Positions 38,433 through 49,109 of a DNA stretch of 64,000 bases are shown here, piece after piece (the stretch's first letter is position 1; every line of letters begins with the position of its first letter). The notes beneath the pieces are model-generated. The model searched no databases. It had not been told where the DNA came from and saw only the letters and a program-made list of their open reading frames with translations. A program made the translations under genes and the position numbers. This DNA comes from Gemmatimonadota bacterium (lineage in GTDB: Bacteria > Gemmatimonadota > Gemmatimonadetes > Gemmatimonadales > GWC2-71-9), in the NCBI GenBank assembly GCA_036679605.1, contig JAZDCZ010000011.1:1-64000 (forward strand), written 5' to 3'.

Positions 38433-39500
38433 ATGATGCGAAGTCTTGATCGTCTAATTGCGGACTGGGCTGGTGTCATGACTGTAGTTCGATACTTCAA
38501 GGGTATCGATGCCTGGCTGTTCCTCGCCGTGCACGATGTCACTCTCGGTCCTGCGGTAGGTGGCACACGCATACAACGTTACGACAGTTCCGAAGAAGCG
38601 CTTCTTGACGCAATGAGGTTGGCGGAAGCAATGACTCGGAAGTGGGCCATCATATCAGCACCGTGCGGAGGTGGTAAAGCCGTGATTGCGCCTCAACGGC
38701 CTCTCTCTGGATCCGAGCGGCACCGCCTCTTAGAGGAGTACGCCTGCGTTCTGAACGCCCTCGGCGGCGCATTCCGAACCGGTGAAGACGTGGGTGTGTC
38801 GCGCAAGGATGCCCTCCACTTGAGCAATCACACTCCGTGGATATCGGGTCTGTTCGAAGTGCCCGGTCTTGACGAACCTAGCGCGTATTATACAGCACGT
38901 GGTGTGCTTGCCGGCCTCCGAGTGGCGTTGCGTCATGAGTTTGGTACTGACGACCTCCACGGTCGGACAATCCTTGTGCAGGGAGTCGGGAAAGTTGGTG
39001 CTTGGCTCGCGTGCCTGGCAGCCGAACGGGGAGCTCGGTTACTCGTTTCCGATCTAGACCGCAAACGGGCGGAAAAGGTAGCCGATGGTCTTCGTGGTCA
39101 GGTCTCGGTTGTGAATCCTCGTCATGTGTATGGGGCGGAATGTGATGTATTCGCACCCTGCGCGTTGGGGCGAGTGCTCAACCAAGTAACCGTCGCGCGC
39201 CTCCGATGCCGAGTAGTCGCAGGCGCCGCGAACGATCAACTGGCAACCGAAGAAGATGCTGTGACACTACATGGCCGGGGGATTCTATACGTGCCGGATT
39301 TCGCGATCAACACTGGGGCCATTGTCGGTCTCGATGAGCTCGGCCCAACCGTGACACCGACCGACCGCGAGCGCGCGGTGGACGAGATCGGAGATCTCGT
39401 CGATAGCATACTACACGAATCGCGGGCAAGAGCCGAACTGCCCACGACCATTGCCCGGGAAAGGGCTGAACGTGCCCTGCGACACGAAAGAACCACATGA
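38433..39500 (+). CDS. Leu/Phe/Val dehydrogenase
   Basis: LGPAVGGTR, GGGKAV, TGEDVG, QGVGKVG, PCALG, GAAN, YVPDF.IN. Confidence 0.9.
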   Translation: MMRSLDRLIADWAGVMTVVRYFKGIDAWLFLAVHDVTLGPAVGGTRIQRYDSSEEALLDAMRLAEAMTRKWAIISAPCGGGKAVIAPQRPLSGSERHRLLEEYACVLNALGGAFRTGEDVGVSRKDALHLSNHTPWISGLFEVPGLDEPSAYYTARGVLAGLRVALRHEFGTDDLHGRTILVQGVGKVGAWLACLAAERGARLLVSDLDRKRAEKVADGLRGQVSVVNPRHVYGAECDVFAPCALGRVLNQVTVARLRCRVVAGAANDQLATEEDAVTLHGRGILYVPDFAINTGAIVGLDELGPTVTPTDRERAVDEIGDLVDSILHESRARAELPTTIARERAERALRHERTT

Positions 39501-39689
39501 GGCCGAAGCAGATCGAACGATGCGGCTTGGACTCTTGCTCGAGAATTCATCTGTGGAGCCAAGGCGGCTGTTAGACAACGCGGCTGGCACGCAGCAGTCG
39601 TGCTACAATCTATTAGGGAATACGCGCTCTCGAGGCGCCGTAGAATATGGAGATATGCGGGCAATCCATTCACGAGTTGAGGTTGAGTC

Positions 39690-40286
39690 ATGACACGATC
39701 GATCCTGATTACAACTCTCCTGTGCGTATGTCCCTACGCGGCCCAGGCCCAAGTCTCAGATGCCGAAGTGCAAGCATACCTGGAATCGAATCGACCAAGC
39801 GGCTCTGGTCCAGGGCTGGTGATCGTGCGTGCCGACGGCGAACTCACTTACGACAATCAACCCGATACTGCCGTTCTCTATACCTATCAGATCGGTGAGT
39901 CTAGGAACCGTAGCAAACGGCAATACCTTGTCGTGTTCAAATCATTTGGGAGCAGATACGAGCCGATCAAGCATAGGCTCGTAGGATCACAGGGTACTCA
40001 ACTCTTTGAAGAGCTATCGATACAGGACCGAACGATAGTGCTGCGGGGGAAGGGATATTCTCCAAAGGATGCTATGTGCTGCCCTTCCGGGACGGCTCTG
40101 GTAAAGTACGTGCTTGTCGATGGCGAGCTAGTCTCGGTCTTGCTGGGCAGCCCACGGCACCTGCGGCTGATGGAAGAGGTGGAACGCCGTAATCGCGGTG
40201 TGGTTGGTCTACGGGCAGCCGGTGGGAGGTTGCCGGGTCTATGGCCTGCTTTCCGAGTAACTACTGGAGGCGAATGCGCACAGTGA
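39690..40286 (+). CDS. Secreted hypothetical protein (LppP/LprE-like DxxCCPS motif)
   Basis: Signal peptide; DAMCCPSG. The C-terminus may be read-through. Confidence 0.6.
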   Translation: MTRSILITTLLCVCPYAAQAQVSDAEVQAYLESNRPSGSGPGLVIVRADGELTYDNQPDTAVLYTYQIGESRNRSKRQYLVVFKSFGSRYEPIKHRLVGSQGTQLFEELSIQDRTIVLRGKGYSPKDAMCCPSGTALVKYVLVDGELVSVLLGSPRHLRLMEEVERRNRGVVGLRAAGGRLPGLWPAFRVTTGGECAQ

Positions 40287-41796
40287 AGCGTGCCTTTTTT
40301 CGGGCCCCGCGAATGAAGGCGAAATTGAGGTCATAGACCGGCAAGAAGGCGTACCCCCAGGTGGAGTTCCCCATCGTACGTGCTCGCAAGATCAGAACGT
40401 TGGGTTTAAGGCGTTTTGCCCAGGTTGTATCTGCCCACAGCCCCGGTGGCAGGACCGCTATTCCTGACGAATCGACTTCCAACGTGAAGTCCGGTTCGGC
40501 TAGATACACATCTTGGTAGTCATCTTCGCCCCGATCGAGGAATACATCCAGTGCGACGACATCCCTTAAAGGTTCGGCGGGGCCGCTCTCCGGAGCCAGC
40601 AAGAACTCAATGCGCTCAGGCACATGGGCAAGGTAGGGATTCCCCCCTTCCGTTAACGAGTTCTCGGGGTTCCCGAACTCATCAATCCATCGTGGCGTGC
40701 GACGTCCCGTGAAGAGATTGAGCCCGTAAGCAGAGTGCGCGGAGAGCTTGGTTTCCTTTCGGTAGTTCACGCCCATCAGTGTGAAGTCAAAGTTCGGACT
40801 GTACGCCCGGGTACCCCGCACATACATCCGCTTGGAGCCAGCCGCTTCGTTTCCATCTGGATCCAGGATTCTTATCTCGCTTCCGTTCCCCCTGAGGTGG
40901 AACACCTCGTAGGCGTACAGATCAAGGAGACCACGCTGATGCAGGAGTTCATGCAGAACGACCGTCTGATGCTCTACGCCTTGGAGCGAACCGACCCGCA
41001 ACGAAGAGAACCGGTTCCGCTCGCTGAAATACCACACCAGATCGTCATCACGGTCTTGCGGCCAAGGAGACCCAGTCGGCAACACGACGACACGGTCCAG
41101 CCGCAGGCGGTCGATGACGGCGTAGTCGAAGTTAAAGGGTTCAAGTTGTCTTCCCAGGATATCGTTCCAACGCTCCACCTCGTCCCGCGCCCACAGCTCG
41201 AACGGCGGGACTCCAGGTTCTTGAGCCATCCAGTCATAGATCTCCTGCTCAATCCAGAGACCGACACTCAGGGCGTTCGAGATGACAGTGATCTCGTCCG
41301 AAACAGCGATGCCGGCGGCGGTGTCCACATCGAAGGTAAAACCGATCTCTTCACGGGTGGTGCTCCATGCACGTGCAAGCTCCATTACCGTCTCTCCCGG
41401 TGACAGATCGGCTTCGCCGCTCTCCACGGTGTTGCCGCCGATCTGCCAACTGTACCTGGCACCGGCCAGCGTATCGCTTCTGCCGTTCAGCACGTGCACC
41501 TGCCAGCGCACCTCTTGACCAGGCTCAGGCCAACCGGTCTCAGGCGGTGCATCGAGGCCTGTCGGCAGCGTAATCCTAGGCGCTAGGGATACCCAGCCGA
41601 TTGCTGGGGCCGCCGGTTCCTTTGCGACTGGGAGCGGGGGACTTGGGACTGTGGGCGGGTCACTTGGGACTGGTTCGTTCACCGGATCCGTTGGGGTTGG
41701 GTCGTCCACCGGATCCGTTGAGGTTGGATTGTCCGCGACACAGCCCCATAGCAGCAGGCTCGCCAGGAGCGTACCGGTCACAGCCAGTGCTTGCAT
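40261..41796 (-). CDS. Lipoprotein with Pro-rich linker and HExxH zinc motif
   Basis: LLWGC lipobox, TDPVDDPTPTDPVNEP, VLHELLHQRGLLDLY. Confidence 0.7.
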   Translation of the reverse strand: MQALAVTGTLLASLLLWGCVADNPTSTDPVDDPTPTDPVNEPVPSDPPTVPSPPLPVAKEPAAPAIGWVSLAPRITLPTGLDAPPETGWPEPGQEVRWQVHVLNGRSDTLAGARYSWQIGGNTVESGEADLSPGETVMELARAWSTTREEIGFTFDVDTAAGIAVSDEITVISNALSVGLWIEQEIYDWMAQEPGVPPFELWARDEVERWNDILGRQLEPFNFDYAVIDRLRLDRVVVLPTGSPWPQDRDDDLVWYFSERNRFSSLRVGSLQGVEHQTVVLHELLHQRGLLDLYAYEVFHLRGNGSEIRILDPDGNEAAGSKRMYVRGTRAYSPNFDFTLMGVNYRKETKLSAHSAYGLNLFTGRRTPRWIDEFGNPENSLTEGGNPYLAHVPERIEFLLAPESGPAEPLRDVVALDVFLDRGEDDYQDVYLAEPDFTLEVDSSGIAVLPPGLWADTTWAKRLKPNVLILRARTMGNSTWGYAFLPVYDLNFAFIRGARKKARFTVRIRLQ

Positions 41797-42250
41797 GTAG
41801 TTCTGATCAGGACTAACTCTTTCTTGAAGCACTAGCCGTGCTCTCCCGTTTCGGGGTCTCCTATGTTTACACATGAGAGCAAGCCATGTCTCCTCGAACC
41901 AGGCAGAATTGGCGTTGTTCCAGTCGCATCAACCTGACAATGCCCTTCGGATTCCTCAAGGCTCCATTCACGGAGGCCACGAGGTAACCATTCCGGCCTC
42001 CTGGCACTCTACCCTGGGAGGTGACTGGCGAATGCCTTGCTGGCGATGCGCAGTGACCACTGGTCGTCCCGCTCTGGTACGTCCCAAATGGTATCACTGT
42101 CGACAAGCGAGTTGGCTCCTTGAGAGTATTAGCGGTGCGCTTTAACGTCTCAAGATCTCAAACCTTGGAGAAGACATTATATCACGCAGTTATTCCACAG
42201 ATCGAGATGCGGGCCGAGTGAGGCGAAGGCGACCGAGTTCGCTGACACGG

Positions 42251-43759
42251 ATGAGGTTCGGCCGGTGGTGCGACGTGGGATTCTCCGCGCTGTTGACCGT
42301 GGCGCTTGCGCCGGCACTCTCCTCGGCTCAGGAAGTCCCGACCTCCTCGGTGGCGTCTCTCCGCCGAGGCTCACCGGACACGGGCCAAACGGTCCCGAGA
42401 CCCCAGCTGGTCGCGTTCACGCACGTCTCCGTGATCCCGATGGACCACCCTGGGACGCTCGAGGACCAAACGGTTATTGTGCGCGACGGACGGATTGCAC
42501 GCATTGGACCGGCCTCGGAGATTACCGTTCCCGACGGTGCCACCGGAATTGACGGCCGCGGCCGGTACCTCCTTCCGGGACTAGCGGATATGCACATGCA
42601 TCTCACGACGCCCGGCGCACTGCTCCTGTATCTTGCAAACGGAGTCACGACCGTCCGGAACATGGCGGGCCGGACTGCGCATCTGGCATGGCGCGATTCG
42701 GTGGCGCACGGCGAGTTGCTTGGGCCCACGATTTACACGGCAGGCCCCATCGTCGACGGCCCGAACCCCATCTGGCCCGGTAGTGCATCGGTCGTGACCG
42801 CGTCCGATGCCGATTCAATCGTCGGCGCGCAACGGGCGGCGGGGTACGACTTCGTCAAGGTGTATGGCGGGTTGTCGTTGGAAGCGTACCGCGCCGTGAT
42901 GGGTGCTGCCCGCCACGCCGGCATGCCGGTTGTCGGCCACCTACCCAACGCGGTCCCGCTGGATACCGCACTCGCCGCCGGACAGGCTTCCATCGAACAC
43001 CTCACGGGCTACGCGGCCCGAGTCACGCCCGACGATCCGGTAGTCGCGATCGACTGGCGCGCTCTCTCGACGGAGGAGATCCGGGTAACCCAGACTTCCC
43101 TGGGGACCGCGCTCCTGGCAGGTACCCTGAGCACCGACGATTTCATTGACGCGGCGCGGCTAAGCGACATCGCTCGGACTACTCGAGCCGGACGTGTTTG
43201 GAACACGCCGACGCTCGTCCTGTTCGAGCGCCCGATCCTTGCCGGTACGAAGCTCGCCGAGGCGCTCGCAGCGCCGGAAATGAAATACGTCTTGCCCGCT
43301 GTGAGGGCATACTGGCCATCGATGGACGCGCGGCCGGATGACCTCACAGCTCCTGTCATGCGCTACCGTGAAGCACAGCTTCAAGTGGGGCAGCGGATCG
43401 TCTTGGCATTGCATCGAGCCGGTGCCCAAATCCTGATGGGCACCGACGCCCCCAATCCGCTCATCATCCCTGGGTTTGCCGTGCAGCGTGAACTCCGGCA
43501 CCTCGTGGACGCCGGCCTGACTCCTTTTCAGGCGCTTGAGACCGCAACCCGCAACGCTGCCGAGTTCCTTGATGCCGCAGACACCTTCGGCACAGTGCGG
43601 GTCGGGATGCGCGCCGATCTGCTCCTGCTGGACGCCAATCCTCTCGCGGACATCGGGAACGTGGCGCGACGTGTCGGCGTCATGGTGCGCGGCCGGTGGC
43701 TGACTGAGGCGCAGTTATTCAGCGCCCTCGACCGTCTGGCTGAGTCGTACGCACGTTAG
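42251..43759 (+). CDS. Secreted amidohydrolase
   Basis: PGLADMHMH, NGVTTVRNM, DFVKVY, SIEHL, MGTDA. Confidence 0.92.
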   Translation: MRFGRWCDVGFSALLTVALAPALSSAQEVPTSSVASLRRGSPDTGQTVPRPQLVAFTHVSVIPMDHPGTLEDQTVIVRDGRIARIGPASEITVPDGATGIDGRGRYLLPGLADMHMHLTTPGALLLYLANGVTTVRNMAGRTAHLAWRDSVAHGELLGPTIYTAGPIVDGPNPIWPGSASVVTASDADSIVGAQRAAGYDFVKVYGGLSLEAYRAVMGAARHAGMPVVGHLPNAVPLDTALAAGQASIEHLTGYAARVTPDDPVVAIDWRALSTEEIRVTQTSLGTALLAGTLSTDDFIDAARLSDIARTTRAGRVWNTPTLVLFERPILAGTKLAEALAAPEMKYVLPAVRAYWPSMDARPDDLTAPVMRYREAQLQVGQRIVLALHRAGAQILMGTDAPNPLIIPGFAVQRELRHLVDAGLTPFQALETATRNAAEFLDAADTFGTVRVGMRADLLLLDANPLADIGNVARRVGVMVRGRWLTEAQLFSALDRLAESYAR

Positions 43760-43872
43760 ATGATCGGATCCCGTGATGTCCCAGTCCGGCCGAGTTCCTT
43801 CGCCTATCCGAAGCTTCCGGAGCGCTGGGCGCTGGACCGAAACATCACTAGCGTGGGAGTGTACGTTGCATC

Positions 43873-45132
43873 ATGAGGTACGTGGCAACAATATGGACGT
43901 CACGAGCGTCGTGGATCCTCATTGTCCTCGCACACGCGGCCTGCTCCGACGGAATGCCGACGCAGCCTCCTCCTTCGCCGATCTCCCTCACCCGAGCCGT
44001 GGTCGATCCACTCGTGGCGGGGACCGGCCTATCTGCTCGGCTCCTGCTCTCAGTTGACGGCGTAGAGGGAGACATCGTTCGCGTCGGGCTTTCAACCGGG
44101 ACGCACCTCCTGCGAAACGGGGCTCCGGTTTCGGAAGTCACGCTTCGCGATGACGGCACACAGGGCGACGATGTCGCGGGTGATCGCGTCTTCACAGTGG
44201 ACGGCCTGACCGCACCACTCGACGGCCACCCCGTTGGGTCAACGACGATCGGGACCGTCACCCTTGTTGGGGCAGATGGAGAAGGCGTTGTCGCACGGCC
44301 TCGAATCTCCGTCAGGACGGTCGACGCCGGCCAAATGACCATCCCGGACATCACGCTCCTCACCGACGAGAACCTTCAATTCACGTCCCGAATCGTCGTC
44401 CTCGTGACCCAGGTCGACATGTCAGATTTCGAGAGCGCGCGGGACAGGATCGTCGGACGGTACTACAAGATCTTCCCGGACGACCGCGACTGGCTCGTCT
44501 TGACGCGAGCGCCGCGGGCGACGGAGGAATTCGAAGGCCAGGCCCTCCGGCTCCGAAATGCCGTAAGGGGAATTGGAATAAGGGTGCACACGTCCTTCTC
44601 CATCTTTGGCTCCGCATCGCGGTTGGAATTCGCCGTTGAACTCGTGCGTGATTTCTATTGGCCGAAGGGTGAATTCGATGGTGCGTTTTGTCTGCTGACT
44701 CATGAGCTCATGCACCGCTGGGCGGCCGAGCTGTCAGAGCTCACCGCAAATTCTCATTGGACCAACGCGTTCATCAGAGACGCGTCGGCGTTCGGCTGGG
44801 AGGGTCGGTGTCGATTCAATCCGCTAGAGCTCTACTTGGCTGGGCGTCTCCCGCCCGACTCGGTTGCGGCCAACCTCACGGAAGACGGGTTGAGGATTGA
44901 CGACATCGTCTCACAACACGGTCCCCGTACACCATCCGTCGACCGCTCGCGCTACACGATCGGATTCGTGGTCATCACGGATCGATTCCTCTCCGAGGAC
45001 GAAGTCGCATACTTCCATTACCTGGCCGAGGAGTACACGAAACCCGAGAGCGTGCTCGGGCTCACGTTCGAGGGGGCGTCAGGCGGCCGGATTGCTTTGG
45101 ACGGCGAGCTGCTGCCCATCCGGGTGCCCTAG
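43873..45132 (+). CDS. Lipoprotein with choice-of-anchor-X-like motif and HExxH domain
   Basis: HAAC lipobox, LRDDGTQGDDVAGDRVFT, LTHELMHRW...SHW...FNPLELYLAG. Confidence 0.75.
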   Translation: MRYVATIWTSRASWILIVLAHAACSDGMPTQPPPSPISLTRAVVDPLVAGTGLSARLLLSVDGVEGDIVRVGLSTGTHLLRNGAPVSEVTLRDDGTQGDDVAGDRVFTVDGLTAPLDGHPVGSTTIGTVTLVGADGEGVVARPRISVRTVDAGQMTIPDITLLTDENLQFTSRIVVLVTQVDMSDFESARDRIVGRYYKIFPDDRDWLVLTRAPRATEEFEGQALRLRNAVRGIGIRVHTSFSIFGSASRLEFAVELVRDFYWPKGEFDGAFCLLTHELMHRWAAELSELTANSHWTNAFIRDASAFGWEGRCRFNPLELYLAGRLPPDSVAANLTEDGLRIDDIVSQHGPRTPSVDRSRYTIGFVVITDRFLSEDEVAYFHYLAEEYTKPESVLGLTFEGASGGRIALDGELLPIRVP

Positions 45133-45168
45133 CAACTCACCGACTAGCCATGGCGCCGAGGAACACGG

Positions 45169-45385
45169 GGTTCTGTCAACTTGAGCCGGTGCCCCCCAGA
45201 CTTCGCGAATGAAAACGAATACGAATGGCGACAACTGCCACCGGTTCCCTCGCGAAATCATCAGCCACAGCGTTTGGCTATACCATCGATTTTCCCTGAG
45301 CTTCCGCAAGCTACTGAAGGGGCAGGAGAGCAAGCCGCGGCAATTGGTGACACACAAGTCCGCCGCTGGTTGTTGCAGCCCTTGA
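45169..45385 (+). mobile_element. IS6-family remnant: left end plus internally deleted transposase
   Basis: GGTTCTGTCAACTTGAGC end; ORF 45209-45385 reads MKTN..HRFPREIISHSVWLYHRFSLSFR joined directly to KLLKGQESKPRQLVTHK. Confidence 0.85.
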
Positions 45386-45604
45386 CGGTCTAGGCAAGCG
45401 AGCCGGTTCCTTCGAAGAACCGTTCGGTGCTACCAAGTCGCTCTTAACCGCCACCGCTCTCGGTGCTCCGATGTCCTATAGGTTGGTCCCGAACGGGATT
45501 CTCGAAATGGTGCCTTGAGATGTTAGAGAGTGACGCTGATCTTCTCAAGGGGCTAACGCGTTCCTCAAGGGGCGAGACGAATGATCCGATTCAAGAGATT
45601 GAGA

Positions 45605-46579
45605 ATGACAACCATTCCGGGCGGAAGGCTCCCGTGCGTATGGGCCATCGGCGTCGTCGCCCTTGCGTGCAGCAATTCTCCCGAAACGCATCCGCGCACT
45701 ACGGTCACCGACAGTTCGGGTATCACCATCGTGCACAACCGCTCCCCTCACCGATCGGGCGTCGAGACATGGATAATCGCTGACACTCCGTCTCTCGATC
45801 TTGGCGGTGCAACGACTGATCCCAGTCAAGAGCTTTTCTACGTGGCGGGAGCCATGCGTCTCGACGACGGCAGCATTGTGGTTGCCAACGATGGCACCGC
45901 GGAGCTCCGATTCTTCGGCGAGGACGGAACCTTCCTCGGCACCGTGGGTGCCAGAGGCAGTGGCCCCGGCGAGTTCCAGACGCTGTCCGGATTGCTGCGC
46001 TACGGGCCGGATTCGATTGCGGTGTTCGATTCCGAACTCCGACGCCTCACGGTGTACGACCTGACCGGGAACTTCGGGCGGAGTGCTACCCTGTTGCCTG
46101 CTGAGGGTAGCGGGCTTCTACTGGTCGGTGCCGCCCTAGGCGTCTTCGCCGACCGCACGCTATTTCTGCCTACACGGGATCTGTTCAGCGTTCAACGGCG
46201 ACCCGGCGCGATGCGTGGAACTCAGCCATCAATCCACGTCTCCGAAACTGGCACCCTCCTCGACAGCGTTGGGGCCTTCCCCGGCCGTGAGATGTTTATG
46301 CAGACCATAGAAGGCGGCGTTCGCGCCGTTTCGAGGATTTTCGGCCGGTCGACTTTTTACGCCGTGGCCGGAGACAATTTTTTTGTTGGCACGAACGACT
46401 GGTACGAGATCGCACGCTATTCCCCAACGGGTGTACTGCGAGCGCTCATACGGACGGATCACCCACGCAGTCCCGTGCAACGAGGCGATCGGGAGGCGTT
46501 CATACAGGCTCGATTCGAGGGACAGAGTCCCGCCGAACGCCAGGCATACGAACGAGGCTACGGCAAGAGCGATCATTGA
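45605..46579 (+). pseudogene. 6-bladed beta-propeller lipoprotein lacking its C-terminal part
   Basis: ALAC, VTDSSGITIV.N, GARGSGPGEF, DSIAVFD. Ends before the VD..G..WV / DEFDV tail present in 49311-50546. Confidence 0.7.
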
Positions 46580-46932
46580 GCTGAAGAGAAGCCCAACGAA
46601 TCAGAATAGGGAGTGAAATCGCTGTGAATCTGGGGCCCGCCGAAGCGAACGAAGGCCATACTGAAAGTCTTTCAGAAGACTGTCCACAGGCACATCAGAC
46701 TGTTCCTGTAAAGTCGACGACTGCCGCCGCGGACCTTATCGTTCGGAAAACGGCTCGCTCCCCCCGACCGGACTCGGCGTCTAGCACGAACCTTCCGTCG
46801 CTACTTGAAACTGTGTTCGCGACAGCACTCCCGTCCACACCTATACCGCAACAAACGCTCCGGTAACCGCCGTCAAGGTCGAATCGGCGCGAACCGTACC
46901 ACAAACTACGGGCTGGAAGGCAACTGAGTTAC

Positions 46933-47178
46933 CTAAGGCACGATTGTCGGTGGTATAGCCGCGAACATCACGGCGATGGCCGCTGCGGTGAAAACGTGCC
47001 ACAACCCGTGACCGACTCTGCCGAGTACGCCGGTGTGCTTGTCTATCAGCCACACAATGATCGCGAGCACGAACAGGCCGAGGCTGTACAACCCCAGCGT
47101 GGTGTTGCCGCTCGTAAATACACCCACCGAGATGAGTGCCAACAAGAGCGCCATGCGCGCCATCAGATTTCCGTCCAA
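46933..47178 (-). pseudogene. C-terminal fragment of a multi-TM protein (HxxWH, ceramidase/CREST-like)
   Basis: Three hydrophobic segments ending GHGLWHVFTA; no clear N-terminus. Confidence 0.45.
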
Positions 47179-47252
47179 TAGCCGGCCATGTGGAGCGCCC
47201 CGGGGGGTGCGCTAGACTCCCGAGGAAGGTCTTATGTGAAGACCTGTATCTT

Positions 47253-47379
47253 CGTTGTTGTCGTTCCGAGATATAGGCACAAGGTGGGGCGGATTGGTTG
47301 CAGCGGCCATCAGTTGAGTATGAAGCCACCAGACGACAGCACTTAGGGGGCCTCCTGCATTAGTGGGAGGCCCCCCGTT
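47253..47379 (+). ncRNA. Candidate structured RNA element, copy A
   Basis: TGTTGTCGT/ACGACAGCA closing stem, inner hairpin, then GGGGGCCTCC-TGCATTAGTG-GGAGGCCCC; near copy of 48232-48357. Confidence 0.5.
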
Positions 47380-47446
47380 GTATTTCGGCGGTTTCTGCTG
47401 GCCTTCTCGGCCCATTTGACCAGCGCCATAACGTGACGCGATGCGC

Positions 47447-48169
47447 CTATCGGTTCTCGGGCAGGCTGTAGATGACCTTACCCGTCTCATCCAAGAAATC
47501 GAGTTTGGGCGTTCCGTCAGCCGGAACCATCATTCTAATGCACGGCTTGCCTTTGATGTCGTACATCATCATCAAAACTGTGTTGTCGCGTACCTTGCCG
47601 AAGAAAAGCCGCCGAGTAGTGAGTTCGTTATTATCGATCATCGCTTGAATTGCGGCCTTTTTGGCTGTTTCATCTGCTATTCTATTGGCGGCTTCATACT
47701 TGGCGTTCACAACGTCAGACGGAAGATTAGGCTGCTGCCACAATTCCAAGCCGGTTGTGTACGTTCCATTGTCGCTTTCCAGGTACCGGAACCCGATGGT
47801 CTGATCGTTTCTTACCTTGTCGAAGGTCAACGAGCCGAAATGCCCGTTCCCGCCGTTCTCGCCGAATACCAACCCGCCCATTTCGTCCCCAAGATGATTG
47901 AAGAAAATCATGCCGGGTGGACGCGGCCCACTGCGCTCGATGACCTTGCCGTTCACAATGCCGGGATGCTGACGTTCCTGGTTGGATATGACCATCCTCA
48001 ATTGACCGTCGGCTTCCACAATGTTGATGCGCTCGACATCGATCTCCTCGAAACGCACTTGTGTGTCGTGGATGGCAAAGGCGGACAGTAGAAACACCGC
48101 GCAGATCGTAGTCGCCACAACTGCATAGATCTTTAGGGCACGCACCTCTTTTTCGAGTCTCGCTTCCAT
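47447..48169 (-). CDS. Conserved-looking hypothetical membrane-anchored protein
   Basis: LKIYA..TM..FEEIDVERINIVEADGQLRMVISN...GMIFFN..GDE.GGL; ATG at 48169. Confidence 0.8.
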   Translation of the reverse strand: MEARLEKEVRALKIYAVVATTICAVFLLSAFAIHDTQVRFEEIDVERINIVEADGQLRMVISNQERQHPGIVNGKVIERSGPRPPGMIFFNHLGDEMGGLVFGENGGNGHFGSLTFDKVRNDQTIGFRYLESDNGTYTTGLELWQQPNLPSDVVNAKYEAANRIADETAKKAAIQAMIDNNELTTRRLFFGKVRDNTVLMMMYDIKGKPCIRMMVPADGTPKLDFLDETGKVIYSLPENR

Positions 48170-48231
48170 AGTAGCAACGTCTCTTTTCAGAAGGGTCAAG
48201 GTGAGCTGGGGTCCACCCAGGTCATCAAGCT

Positions 48232-48357
48232 CGTTGGGTTGTCGTTCCGAGATATAGACGCACGGTAAGGCGGGTTGGTTGCAGCAGCCATCAGTTGAGT
48301 ATGACGCCACCAGACGACAGCACTAGGGGGCCTCCTGTATTAGTGGGAGGCCCCGTT
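48232..48357 (+). ncRNA. Candidate structured RNA element, copy B
   Basis: Same architecture as copy A, followed by a T-rich tail (GTTCCTTTTT). Confidence 0.5.
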
Positions 48358-48462
48358 CCTTTTTGGCGGTCTGCATGACGAGTGTAACCTTTGACCCCTG
48401 AGCGGCATTTACTATTTGTGGACGGGGAATACCGTTAGTATTGCCGTGCGAGGGATCAACTC

Positions 48463-48753
48463 ATGAGTGGTTACACCGAAGCGGTCCTGTCTGCGGCAGG
48501 TCTCCTTGCTTTCTTCGTACTACTGATACTTTTTGAGCTGTGGATGCTTGGACGGCTCGGTTATGACGTACTTGCACACCTGGAGGCTTCCAGGAAGAAG
48601 GAAAAATCGCTCAGCTTCAGGTTTGAAGCCTTCGGGGTCGTGGCCTTTGTTCTCGTGCAACCGATTGTGTTTACATGGATAGTCTCAAGGCTCTCAAGAG
48701 GATTGACGGAGATAGTTCAACAAACAATGCACTTCATGCTCCGTTTACCTTAG
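48463..48753 (+). CDS. Small two-TM hypothetical protein
   Basis: GAGG RBS; its TAG stop is the first part of the repeated hairpin. Confidence 0.6.
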   Translation: MSGYTEAVLSAAGLLAFFVLLILFELWMLGRLGYDVLAHLEASRKKEKSLSFRFEAFGVVAFVLVQPIVFTWIVSRLSRGLTEIVQQTMHFMLRLP

Positions 48754-48782
48754 GGCCTCCTGCATTAGTGGGAGGCCCCGTT
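48751..48782 (+). repeat. Hairpin repeat, copy D (terminator-like)
   Basis: TAGGGCCTCCTGCATTAGTGGGAGGCCCCGTT. Confidence 0.85.
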
Positions 48783-48816
48783 GTTTGTTCTGGGAGTGGG
48801 TCAATTTGAGAGGCAA

Positions 48817-49014
48817 TCATGCCATACTTGGGCCGGCCTCAACTCTCTCCAGTGTGTCGGGTAGAAATGCTCTGCCTTGAGGCTCCTTGTTATCATCAAA
48901 CCAAGTGCATGAGGCCTCGTCATCCCCACCAACAGCTTTGTGGAAGCCATCAACCGTCATGTCGGGGCCACCCGACTTCAGTTTCACGGTGTCACCGATT
49001 TTGAACTCTGGCAT
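48817..49014 (-). CDS. YodC / DUF2158 family protein
   Basis: FKIGDTVKLKSGGPDMTV...CTWF...F..DTL; AGGAG RBS. Confidence 0.88.
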   Translation of the reverse strand: MPEFKIGDTVKLKSGGPDMTVDGFHKAVGGDDEASCTWFDDNKEPQGRAFLPDTLERVEAGPSMA

Positions 49015-49109
49015 TTGTTCCTCCTATATCGTGAGATTTGGGAGCCGAGTAGAGGCAAGAAGCCCTCCGAGAACTAGAAGTACAACCCGTAGCCTGTCAG
49101 CACTGAGAA

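Noticed and set aside
46620..46900. Carboxypeptidase-regulatory-like remnant; also possible fragments at 52051-52553 and 41875-42170
   Set aside because: Similarity is too faint to support without a search.
47447..48310. 5' extension MASYSTDG... as coding sequence (also 46841-47329)
   Set aside because: It is the antisense translation of the repeated structured element; the family-like protein begins at MEARLE (48169).
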